Of a stretch of DNA of 64,000 nt, positions 1 through 11,800 are shown in pieces; the stretch's first letter is position 1, and each line of letters begins with the position of its first letter. The DNA lies in NCBI GenBank assembly GCA_030248215.1, contig JASANG010000621.1:62001-126000 (forward strand). The letters are read 5' to 3'. The stretch is from Enoplolaimus lenunculus. Taxonomy: Eukaryota. The notes under the pieces were generated by a model, which worked only from the letters and a program-made list of their open reading frames with translations, was not told the origin of the DNA and searched no databases. The translations under genes and the position numbers were made by a program.

Positions 1-892
1 CGAGTTTAGGCGTAGGATCTGGCGCAAAGCGTAGATATATGAACTTTAGAGTGACCTTGCCTTAGGCTTCGGTTTCCATTTAGACTACGGCTTAGGCTTA
101 AGCTTTTGTTTAGGTTTAGGCTGTAAGCCTAGGCTTAAACTGAGGCTTTAAATATAGGCTTTGGTGAAACATAGATTAAATCTTAAATGGCCCTAGGCTA
201 AATCTTATACTTTAAAAATAGTGTCTAATTGACTCTCCGAAATAAACTTTTCCGGACTACACAAACTGAGTCAAATTAGCCTCCGCCAGAGTCAAATTCG
301 ACTTAACAGAATCGCTCAGTGAGTCGAATTTGACTCACTTTGTGTAGTCCCGAAAAGCATATTTCTGAGAGAGCCAATTTGACTCACCATTTTTTGCAAT
401 ATAGGCTTAGGCTTGGGATTTAGTAGTAGGTTTATGTTTTGGCAAGCATAGACTAGACCGTAAATGGCATAGGCTTAGGCTTTAGGATGGGCTTTGGTTT
501 AAACAAAGATTGCGTTCTAAACGACTCTTGGATTAAATCTTAGGCTTCGGATTCGGCTTAGATTTAAGCTTAAGTTTCAGGATTCCATCTTCGACCATAT
601 CCTGAAATCCCAAAATCGCAGTAGGTACGTTTAGGCTTAGGCCTTAGTAATAGGCTTTGGTTTAAACATAGTCTATATCTTAAATGACCCATGGGCTAAA
701 CTTAGACTTAGTCTTAGGCTTATTCTTAGGTTTGGGCCTCAGTATCGGTTAGTCGTAGATTATACCGTAAATGGCATAGGCTTAAAAGCGTATGTTTTAG
801 GAATGGGGTTTGGTTTATACAAAATTAGATCCTAAATGTCCTTTTGGCTAAATCTTAGGCTTAAACTTGAGCTTAGTTTAGACTTAGGCTTT
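1..892 (+). repeat. Degenerate interstitial TTAGGC (nematode telomere-type) tract with a nested foldback at ~215-395
   Basis: Many TTAGGC/TTAGGT/TTAGAC variants. Inner palindrome: GACTACACAAA...GAGTCAAATTCGACT / AGTCGAATTTGACTC...TTTGTGTAGTC. Confidence 0.75.
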
Positions 893-899
893 ATGAGCA

Positions 900-1143
900 G
901 CCCACCTTCGACAATATCCCGAATTCCCACGTTCGACAATATCCCGCAATCCCAAAATCCTACCGTCGGCCAAATCCCGAACTACCAATAACCTACTTTC
1001 GACCGCATCTCGAAATACCAACATCCCAAAATCCCACTTTCCACCATATCCCGAACTCCGAAAATCCCACGTTCGACCATATCTCAAAATTCCACCTTCT
1101 TGTGATGGGATGGTGGGATTTTGGGACGGCAGTGAGGTTTACA
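900..1143 (+). repeat. ~25-35-bp minisatellite (TCCCACCTTCGACCATATCCCGAAATCCCAAAA) element; related copies at ~585-615 and 18026-18190
   Basis: The unit is visibly tandem in both large copies, which share the end GGATTTTGGGAC..CAG.GAGGTTTAC. Confidence 0.7.
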
Positions 1144-2925
1144 TAGGCCAAACACTCAAACCGCATTTGCGTATTAACTATAACACGGCCATTCGTAGAA
1201 GTGTACGTCAGCAGACGTTTTACTTATATTGTCCGCTAAAAATTTTATCGAAATCCAAAAAAATAAAAAAGACCACAGAGAACATGCAGTTTGCCACGGA
1301 AAGGCGATAATTTTAGTCCTCACCGTGGGGTAACTTCCGCATTCGAAGTTTATTTTCATTAACTAAATTTTTGTGCAAAATCCGTTTTATAATGAAAATT
1401 TGTGCCGTTTAGAATTTTCAACAGAATGTTATATACGGCAACGCTTTTACAAAATTACTTACATAGTAAACCTGACTTTTAGCAGGTAATCAAAGTTGAG
1501 AACAGTAGTTACCTGGGCGGCGAATAATTGTCAAATCTCAAAAAGATATAAGTACAAAACAGCACCAAATCGGACAAACTTTACACTTTACGCAATGGAT
1601 AACGAAAAATGAGACAATATATACAGAAATAAAAATATAAAGCACCGCATTTTGTACATATAAATGATATAACTGGCCATCAGAATAAGTCATAAGGGAA
1701 GAGCTAAAATTTGTTGCCATACATGAAAATCGGTTCTCGTTTCCTGTTATGCCATCGCCAGAAATTCTGGTATTCATGCTCATAGATTTTATGCAATTGC
1801 TAATATGGTCCACTTCTTTGATACTTAGGTTCTGCATATAAACAACTAACAAAATCAACATCCGACTTGTAAAAAGTTTAAATTTTCGCGAAATTTCAAG
1901 AAACAAAAGGAATATCATCAGTTATTTAATATCCGTTTTCCGTTTCCGCTATTTTGACCGATATCCGCTTGCGTACTTTTTACAATTCGTTTATACCATG
2001 CGCATAATGCATTGAAGAGGGTTGATACTAAACGTCAAAATAATCTTTCATATGCCCGTAATCTCATATGTGTAGTCCTATAACCACTTGATGATTCGCC
2101 TTCTAAATTGTAAACAGGCGATTGCACGTGTTGCGTGCTTATTTGATTTTGCGCTACTGGTGTCCAGATTTACGAGTGCGGCTGTCGTAGCTTTTTCTTT
2201 GCAAATCTGTTACCAGCTGATAATAGACGCTACACACAGTTAAGAATACGGCTCACCAAATATCACTTTTGGTACTGTTTAACGAAAGCTAGGACATTGA
2301 TACAGCACAGAGCAATATGTATAAAGCCAATTTTGACACAGATAAAACAATTCATAACAAACCTGAAATTTAAAGCAATTTATTGCAAGACAGGGGCAAG
2401 GAACAATGCGTGCGGTGCATTTTTGTCTTCTGTTTGCAGAGTTTGTAAGATAGCTATAAAAATATAGTGAAAAACGAACTTTGTTTATTTTACTACCGAC
2501 TTAGTTTATTCTAAAATCTATAACTTTCCAAAAAATATAAAATATGTTCTTCCATAAAATCTATAAAATATCTCGGATTGTTTTATTCCGGAAGTTTCCA
2601 GTGTATCATATCGCCATATACATGTCTTGATTAGTGAACTCTTCTGTTTTACCAGGACCATGCGATATTCTCAATTTACATGCACAGTACAAATATAAAA
2701 AGCCTCTAAGACTTATCCTTGCAAATGGAGAGGCGCAGGATAGTAAAATCTCGCTGCAATTTTTAAGAAAAAATTTGTTAATCTACGAAATTTTGAAAAA
2801 AATCTCTAAAACAATGTTATTGTTCGTTTTGTAAAAATTATTACCGGGATGCGCCATAAAATACCGTACGTGTTCCCCGGCTAGCGGCCAAAGGTCTTCT
2901 TCAGGTTAAAAGTTTCTATTCATAT

Positions 2926-3311
2926 CAGGGTTCCAACGGGAACTAAATTTTGCCGGAACAGGAATTGATTTTTTGCAGGAACCGGAACAGGAACCGGAAT
3001 TTGAAATAAATTTCATCCCGAATTACTGTTGGACTTTTCAGAAACTTTGTCAAAAAACGGCTTAAGCAAATTTTGAGCTACTGCGAAAACACAACAGAAA
3101 CAGTTTATTAAAAAATTTGAAGTAATTGGAAAAACGTTCATAACGAAATAACAATTTTTAAAGACAAAGATTCCAATGTTTAAATGATTAGGCATCATTT
3201 ACGACAAAACCGTAAAAATTCCGGTTCTTGCATCTTTACATGCAGGAACAAGAACAGGAATTGAATTTTTGCACGAATTCCGGCCGGAACAGAAATTCCG
3301 GTTGAACCTTG
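2926..3311. mobile_element. hAT-like MITE (CAGGGTT...AACCTTG)
   Basis: Terminal inverted repeats with a near-identical 8-bp TSD ATTCATAT/ATTCGTAT. Related fragments at ~56100-56345 and ~59060-59340. Confidence 0.65.
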
Positions 3312-4160
3312 ATTCGTATGCAATTTTAACCGTATTTATAATTATTTCATGCACTTAAAGGACTACTTATAATAATAACGTTGCACCTGGAGACATTCCT
3401 CCACCACAACTCAACGATAAAGAAAAAGAATTACATGACAAAGCGTAGGAATACAATACACAACAACAATTCCTGCAAATCAAAATCAAAATCAAAAATT
3501 TAGAAAAGCAACAAAAGCAACTGAAAAAGCAAAAGAATATTCCAAAAATGTTACCGAGGTGGATTTCGACAAATATTTCACGGATCTCATTCAAGAAGGT
3601 TACTTTTCATTAGTCGTAAAACTATAAGTTAAATATGTGTTCAAAAAATTAATGTTAGGAACTTCCGCTTTCAAAACTTTGCAGGCATACGTGATGACTC
3701 CCACGTACTATTCTACGAATTTTTATAATTAATTATAACGTAAAATTTATGAAAATTAACATTACTTAAAAATACGACTTTCTTCTATATTACCAAAACT
3801 GGAACGTTCTACATACGCATTTTGGGCACTGTTTCAGCACAATACCAAACAACACTACTTTTGCGTGTGTTATTTGACGAATTTGCGTTTATAGTTTGAG
3901 ATTGCTTTAAAGCGTTTGAAGTCTGAGCACAGTAAAGTTGCACATGTGTGCAACTACGGGTACTAGTTTTCATTAATTGTGACATATTTTCAAAATCAAA
4001 AAATCCATTTCCTTTTTACACATGAATACTTTGATCAACAAACGCACAAATTTTAATACACATAATTAATTAATATTGTAGTTGGAGACAATATATTATT
4101 ACGTAGGTGTTTGATATTAAAATTCCGTAGGGCTTACGTTGAGATTGCAACACTTGAGAT

Positions 4161-7100
4161 TCAGTAATAGCGTTCGCTTCGAGTTCGCAGTGCACAGCAT
4201 AAGATCATTGCAAATACCATTCCGATAATCTTAATAAATAAATAAATAAATAAATAAATCACTTGTGCGAGTAATAATATTTTTCTAAATAATACCGATT
4301 AAGTTGGGCCAGAAAGTTTGTATTTGAGCAGCTGGAGATACACCGCATGGATGGTCAAGCTGACAACCACTGATGTTTATTTAAACTGGCTCCTCAACAA
4401 CTGCACCACGCATGTCAAATTGCTTTTATCGTCGACTATATGTACATTTCTTATGTCGACCGAGATATATGCTGCTGGCATGCATTCAAACTATACAATA
4501 CAATGCATTGCACACGGATAAACATTTATCCGATCTACTTACACGGCTTATTAAGCTTTTACTATACAGAGGTTTCATTATGAACCTTGTTTCTTAGTAT
4601 ATTTATTTCTGTTATTTCAATCAAAAAGCGCTAAAAATAATGTGATTATGCTCGCAAAACAGAGTTGTGTTATACTTATACATCCAATTCTTACCTCAAA
4701 CGACAAGATCCCCACAGCGATTCCGATTATAATATTGACCTTGCTGGTTAGCTCACGATGAATGCGTTTGACGCAACCCTAAATATTAACATCACAACAA
4801 TTTCCAAATTAGTAAGACCACGGTTTATAGGTCGAAATATATTTTCAAAAATACAAACGAGACCCGAGACCTGACTACCGAAACCCGGCCAAGAAAATTC
4901 AGAATATCTGCTCTCAATATTGCATAAATAGAAATTTTCATAAATTTACAATAAATTTATCATCAGCCATCACTTACTCCAACATTACAGTTATACAATT
5001 GCTGAATTCTCGACTTCTGGTCTCGGTTCCAAACCACTGGACTCAAAAAGTGAGACTGAGACCTGCCAAATACCGACTTGCCGAGACCGGCACTTCTATT
5101 CCTGCAAATAACTACTAAAATGAAACTCTTACTTCTACTGGACAAGGACTAGGACAACTATCTGGCACGCGGATCCAGTCCCAGCACCCTGCAGCGCCAC
5201 AGCATTCTAGCTGAAATAAAATTATCCGAAATAACTTGTAACAGGCTATCATGGATACTTCAACATTGGCACAGTCATACAAAAGCAATATTAGGATAGA
5301 CTGATATATAAATATTAAGGAATATAGCTAATATAAGATTTAAATCTTTTCAACTCAACTTAAATCCTTTCTATAACAACACTAATCTAAACTAACCTTT
5401 TCCTGAATTCGGTCGATGATCGATTGGACTTCTGCGTCATCGTAGTACCTTGGTATCAGCGAATCTGTGAGCACCGTTTCCACGTCTTGTCGGAACTAAA
5501 ACCGCTCTCAATCTTCCAGTTAAATAATTTCAATTTCAATTTAAGTTTGTTTGGATCAAACTAATAATAAAATTCTAACAGCAAATCTGAACCGCAACTG
5601 TCAAAAAAACTAATTTTTTACCTTAAAATTTTTAGACGGAATCGTGATGTAAAGGTAACAGATTATAGAATTGCGTCATGTTATTCAAAAATACGTTCAA
5701 ATTTCTAACACACTTACATCATCTTTTTTGATTAATATATAGATTCCAGCGCATAGCTCGGCAATAAACAGCAACAACAAAGTTATGAAGAACTGAAATA
5801 GCATAGTGCAAAAACGGTTTATACGAAATACGTAGTCTATGAGATATGAATGCCCAGTGACGACAACAATATATAATATCGTAAGACACTTTTATCAAAA
5901 AGTTCTTTTCACAAATTGGTACACTTATAAATTTTTTACATATGAACTAAAATATACTACAAAGACACATGAAAACAAATCAACAAATCATGTTATTGAG
6001 CGAAGCGAAGCTCGAACTTTGCGAAGTATTTTACGTTTTGTACTCGGGGGTCGAAATGTAGTTTTTTGTCCATCTGTTCGTCAGACGAGAATCTTAGCAA
6101 CCGCTGAACGGATTTTGATAAACTTTTCGTTTTAAAGCCTATAATCCAGGGATGTTAACATCGCTTTGGAGTTTTAAAATTTTAAGCGGTTTACTCGCCA
6201 TCGGCTAATTTTTATAATTGGTTAAGCTTAAGTTAGGACCTTTTACGTTATTTAACTACTCATTAAGGTTACAAACAATCCAATTTCAACACTAAAAGAT
6301 TTTAGGTGCGAGAAATGTAAATAAATTATTTATATAGACTTTCAAAACGATAAATAAAAAGTTAGCTACTAACTAATTAGTATGTCAGCTTAGTTCGTTG
6401 AACTTTACGACTTTTTACATTATAGCACTACGTAATTATTATGGATGCAAACCGGTTTGATTTCAAATCTAAAAAGTTTTTGGGTGATCGAAATCTGAAT
6501 TAATTGTTAATAAACATCCAAAATCATATATGAAAATTAGTTAGCTACACGCTAGTTAGCTGCACGCTAGTTAGCATAATACCTATACCAATTACAGCAT
6601 TTGAGTGCATTATATTTTTAGTATTGGTTCCCAGCTTCGCTCAATACGTGTAGTACCTTGACGACTGATCAAAACTAGCTCAGATGCGGTAACAGTGTTA
6701 TAAACAGAGACGTACTGCATGAGAACCTTACACAAACAAGAAGGCAAGTACTTTCGCAAACTGCTCCGCAAAAGCCAAGAAATGATGTTAAAAATAACAG
6801 GGCTCCCAAGCCTCCAATGACATAAAGCGCGATATAGTAATCTCGAATGTTCAATGTTGTACCAGAATATTGCACGACCGCTTGCTCAAGATATGTTGCA
6901 AATCGATTGTCCAAACGCACCCAAAGTGCTGCAGTAAGAATCACTGCGCCACCAATCTGAAGCAAGAAATGTATGCCAGCATTTTTCGTGGAGTTTGACG
7001 CTTCGGACTTACAGCAGTCAAGATTTAAAATTCTGAGACTTATCTTAAGTTAGTCTGTATGAATTACTATTGTTGAAAAATACATAGTTTCCTAACAATA

Positions 7101-7370
7101 ATTGAGGATACGCTTTGATTTTAATAATAAATCCAATTCTTAGGAGGATGCGATCTCAAGTCTGACATATTTCGCGTGTTGTTAAGCAAACAGTATCTAA
7201 CATAAAGGAAGTGTAAAAATTAACCAGCATGCTTTTATGAAACAAACCGTTACTATTATTATATGTTTGATTTACACATCTGACGATAAATCTGTGATAC
7301 TTACACAAAAATATAAATTGAAGCAGCATAACATGTATTTAATGCATTTGTTTGCGCATCCAGCCACCAT
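4161..7370 (-). CDS. Tetraspanin (CD9/CD81/TSP-type), 7 coding exons, 231 aa
   Basis: Minus-strand exons: 7370-7305 MVAGCANKCIKYMLCCFNLYFC; 6956-6732 IGGAVILTAALWVRLD...FLGFCGAVCESTCLLVC; 5792-5718 FFITLLLLFIAELCAGIYILIKKDD; 5495-5397 FRQDVETV...IIDRIQEK; 5210-5133 LECCGAAGCWDWIRVPDSCPSPCPVE; 4778-4695 GCVKRIH...GILSFE; 4229-4161 IIGMVFAMILCCALRTRSERYY*. All introns are GT-AG and in frame. Four TM segments plus the GFCGA, CCG, PxSC and GC tetraspanin motifs are present. Confidence 0.93.
5993..6670 (+). mobile_element. Helentron/HINE-like non-autonomous element in tetraspanin intron 2
   Basis: 5' TTATTGAGCGAAGC, subterminal inverted copy GCTTCGCTCAATA (6634-6646), short 3' hairpin, GTCY-like stretch and internal ~170-bp repeats. 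Homologous to 12570-12772(-), 19145-20690(-) and 62246-63240(+). Confidence 0.65.
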
Positions 7371-7926
7371 TGCTAATTTTTAATTTGAAAATCCTGAAAG
7401 TAATATACATCAGGGTGCGATTGGATACCAAAAAATGACGAGCGGCAGCCGGGTAATCTAATGTTTTAAATCTAATGCTAGATGGCATTCAGATATCATA
7501 ACGTAGCTAACACTGCCGGCCTAAGGTATCCAAAGCCTTTACGAAAAGTTTTACACCCTGAATGAAGTCTGCTGCGGTGCAACGTGTATGATAAATTTAC
7601 GAAATTCAAATTTTCAGTGGTTATTCCGGCTGCTTGGTACTTTTCGCTATGACAAACTTCCCAGTCGAAAAAACCCTGGCTCGAAGGTTTCTGGCACTTA
7701 AAGTCAGTAAAAATCACAATTAGAACAAAAATTAATAACGAGCTTGCATTTCATGTATTTGAGTCGCATTTATGGTACTCGTCATCAATATATAAATGAA
7801 CTGAACAGTGCGTACGTAATAACTATGTGCAAGCCGTAGGCATGAAATCTAAGCAACCATTCCCGCCGTCGGATCGGTCCAAAATTCCGTTTTCGATCAG
7901 TCCACACGTCACAGGCAACCGTGCAG

Positions 7927-8328
7927 AAGGGCGCAACCGGAATTACAATTTACCGGAACCGGGATTTGAAAAATCACCGGAAACAGAGCCGGAAAATGAA
8001 AAATACATGCCCCCGAAAAATTCATTTTAATTTCCATTTTGCAATATTATTGGTGGAATAATCCTAGTTAGAGATAGGTACTCATTTTATCTGCTTGTTT
8101 TTAGATTTTCGTTTTCCACGAAAGCGAACTCTACTTTGGTGGCTTATCTTTCGGCGATTGTCAAGGTTAACATATATATTAATGAAATCTGTTTAAATTT
8201 GATCGTCTTAGTAAAATATCTTGATGTCAACCGACCATAATTTAATACCGGAATTTCTAATTTAAGTAAACATTTATCGGAACCGGAAGGTGAAAAAATT
8301 CAGGAACCTTAATTCCGGTTGCACCCTG
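7927..8328. mobile_element. hAT-like MITE in the tetraspanin/RBM28 divergent intergenic region
   Basis: AAGGGCGCAACCGG ... CCGGTTGCACCCTG with degenerate 8-bp flanks CCGTGCAG/CCGTGTAC. Confidence 0.55.
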
Positions 8329-8827
8329 CCGTGTACATACTTTAACCTATTCCCAAAAACACCAGGAAAAAGGGTTAACTGGGCACCGACTAGCTGATTG
8401 GTCAACGGCTGAGTAGATTCAAATTAGAGATGTCTTCGAATTCGATTCAGTCCAAAGTTCGAGGACGTAAACCGATTATTCAATAAACCGGCCATACAAA
8501 ACTACGAAAGTTAAAGTATCGTGCACTAGCTATTAAATTAAAAGTAATATTGATATGTGACATGCTGTAAAAATGGACTTGGAACAGAGTTGTGTATTAC
8601 GCCTATACAATCGATATAGATTGCTTTTATAATTGCTTTGTTTCCTTGCGAGACAGTAGTATTGAACTGTTTTTTAGGAATTCTCATTTTTTGCATTTCA
8701 AATTAGGCATAGATTTGGAAATATTTGGCAACTTATCCACGATTTTGAGAAAAAATTTGTGTTAAATCTGCTCATATTCTAGTTTAAGCAGGTTTCTTTT
8801 GGTGGTTTTCGCCACGTTTTTCACAGA

Positions 8828-11800
8828 ATGGCGTATAACAACCAGAACGCGTTCAGTAGAGATGTGAGTGAGAAATTTTTGACAAATATTAGCGCATGGT
8901 CCTTGTAGAATTGAAAGTTTTGGTAAAGAAAGGTTTGAATAAACGAAATCCAGCTTTTTAAGTTTTATATCAGCATGGCACAGACATCGAATCATTCACG
9001 GGATCACGGTTCAAATTTATTGTTTGTGCAACTTTTGCAACGTGTAACGTGTTAGCTAGTGGTGACAACATAACAGGAAAGAAAGAACATCAAATCGGGT
9101 TTTTGCAGTTGCACAGTAATTAAATGTACCGTGTTAATGTAAAACATCAAGTCTTGTTTGAAATATTCGACGTTGATACGCTGTTCACGATATATATCAA
9201 AGGCCTGCCACAAAATATATTGTAGGAACGCGCGTTAACACTATCCTTGCACTTCTTTCTGTTAACCCTGCACTAGCGCATGTCATACACTTGTCAGTAA
9301 CACGCTTAGAGTACTGTGGGTATACGCGGTGTAGCTTGTGTATGTGCAGAGTGTGCATTGTTACGACGCATACATACTCGTGAACATATAACAGCAGAAA
9401 AAATTATGATATGGGCCGCGTGGTGTAATGGGTAGCGCGCTTGACTCGCGATCGAGAGATCCGAGGTTCGATTCCCGGCGTGGTCATATGTTTCAAAGAA
9501 ATTTAGGGGAAATTATGTATATTTGCAGTACTTCATAGAAAGGGTCGTCCCGACCGTGCAGTTCTGACAGGTACGGTTAACGCTTGTCAAAAGGAAGTTT
9601 AAGAAACACAATCAAGATACTGCATCTCAAAATTTTTGTAGCGTTAAGGTAGGGTTAACGCTTTCTTCATTTTGTGGCAAATTTGTTAGTTTTCAGGAAA
9701 TTTTAAGGAGTGTTAAAATCTTTGATAAGTCTTTTTAGTAAATTTTAAAGAGACAGTTGATTTTTCGCAAAACCTTTGGAAAACTTTTTGAACCGTTCAT
9801 TTTGCACTGATGTTATAATTTTTTGCTAAGGCTTTGGGTTAGGAAAATGCTTATTCTACTGGTACGAATTTAACAGCTGTTATATTCTTTAATATTGTGG
9901 TATAGAAGGCATATTACCTTGTTAGGGTATTGGTTAAAACCAGGTAACAAGAAGGGAAGCCAAGAAACGTGCGACTGAGAGGACGGAGGAAACAGAAGGA
10001 AAGAATGTGAAAACATGCAAAATAGACAAAATTAGGAGGTATTAGATAAAATATATGTGTAGTTAGTGAAAAGTTTCGTCGGTAACAACCGGTTGTGTGA
10101 GGTTCAGAACAGTTTGGTTTAACAATTGTTGGATGTTCTTGTGTATTATTTTGTTGTTTAAAAGTTTCTCGTGTTTTCGCAACGAACCCAGGTACTCGGT
10201 AAGTAAAAGGGAAGTCGTAGTTAGAAATCGGATTGTCGGTTAAAAACGTTAGTTCACTCTGTAAAATAAGTTCTTTAGTATATTCTTAACGGTCGTACCG
10301 TTGGTGAAGAGCGTTTTAGCTCATATCATAGATCCCGAACTTGGCCGTTTACTGGAAAATCCGACAGACATAAAACAAAAAGTTAATAACACCTTTAACC
10401 TGAAACAAAAATTTAATTACTCAAGTAAAGTTCCTCCAAAGGTGAAATTGAACTGTATTTCCATTTCTTGGCACCTACATTAGTGCTCAGTTCTGGCAGA
10501 CTACACACCTTTTAATATATAACGTGTGCTTACCGTTAGGCTATGGTTACCATAAAATTCAGGGCATTGTTAACGAGCGACAAAACATATTTTGTGGCAG
10601 GCCTTAAATTTATACCATTTGGGTTTTGAAATGGTGCAGTTCTGGTGTAAAAAGATGTGTTTAGTGGTACAAGCGTTTTCGATAGATTATATTACATTAG
10701 TACATCAGTTCTTTAAAAATGAAGAAGATGAAAAAATGGAGAATAATTATTCGCAATTTACCATTTGATTTAGATCAGGTTAAACTTCAGGTATGCAGTA
10801 AGCAGATTATTTCAAATTAAGGTAGAATGTGTCTGTGTTGATGGTTTGGTTTGTATAGTTGTACTTCTACGTTGTATCTTTGACATGCGGATACATGGAA
10901 GGTAAGTAAAAACCTGATACTGATGCTGAGGCTGCACATCGGTAAAATGCTGGCGGTAGTGCCTTCATGTGCAACAGAAGTAAACTACGGAAGAACGAAG
11001 ATACATGTAGTATAAATGTTGATTCTCTTGTAACGTAAAAACTCTGCACCTGACAGCTGAGTGTGAGCGGCGTTTGTTGAGTACTAGCGCTGGACTGACA
11101 ATCTCTCAGCCATTGTTCGTGGGATTAAAACGTCGTAAAACGCGCTGATTTTCAGCTGCAAACATTCAGAACTAAAAACCGTCGTACCCTAGACTGTCCA
11201 ACTTATGACAGGGTGACCATGATGGGGTCATAATGGCAAACTGCTGCTTTAAAACAAATGTCGTAATCGCAATATATATATTTTATATATACATATATAT
11301 ACATATATACATATATATATAATTTTTTGTAATTTTGTTTAAATAAGGGTGTTAGTGTGATCACTGCGAAATATTGTGATTTGTGTTATAAATGGTAGTC
11401 TAATATCGGCTTATGGCTTCACCTTGACTCATAGATATTCGACAATCTACACCGATGGTATGTAAGTCTTATCTAAGTTTATTTCAGGGTCAGTTCTCAA
11501 AGTTTGGCGAAATTTGTGATTTTGTCATTCCGAAAAAGGGCGCAGACCGCAACCAAGGATTTGGATTTGTCCAGTTTTGCCGGTTTCCTGATGCCGTGAA
11601 GGTAACGCTGAGCCACACCACACTTATAGTTATTGCAGCAACTATTTATAATCTTCGAGGTTTATCTTGCTTGATCAACGCTGCATACAGCGTTTCTTTT
11701 TTCTGAATGTTCCTTGTTTGGCAGTAAGTATTAGTTGCCGGTGACCGTAGCTTTAGTTGCCAAGTAACTTTATTGCCTCTATTTTGTGCTACCTTTTTCA

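Noticed and set aside
1..892. True chromosome end or de novo telomere addition site
   Set aside because: The repeats are heavily degenerate, interrupted by other elements, and of the wrong polarity for a left end.
3367..3472. Alternative last exon for the tetraspanin
   Set aside because: 4229-4161 supplies the expected TM4/CC tail and stop, so this segment is not needed.
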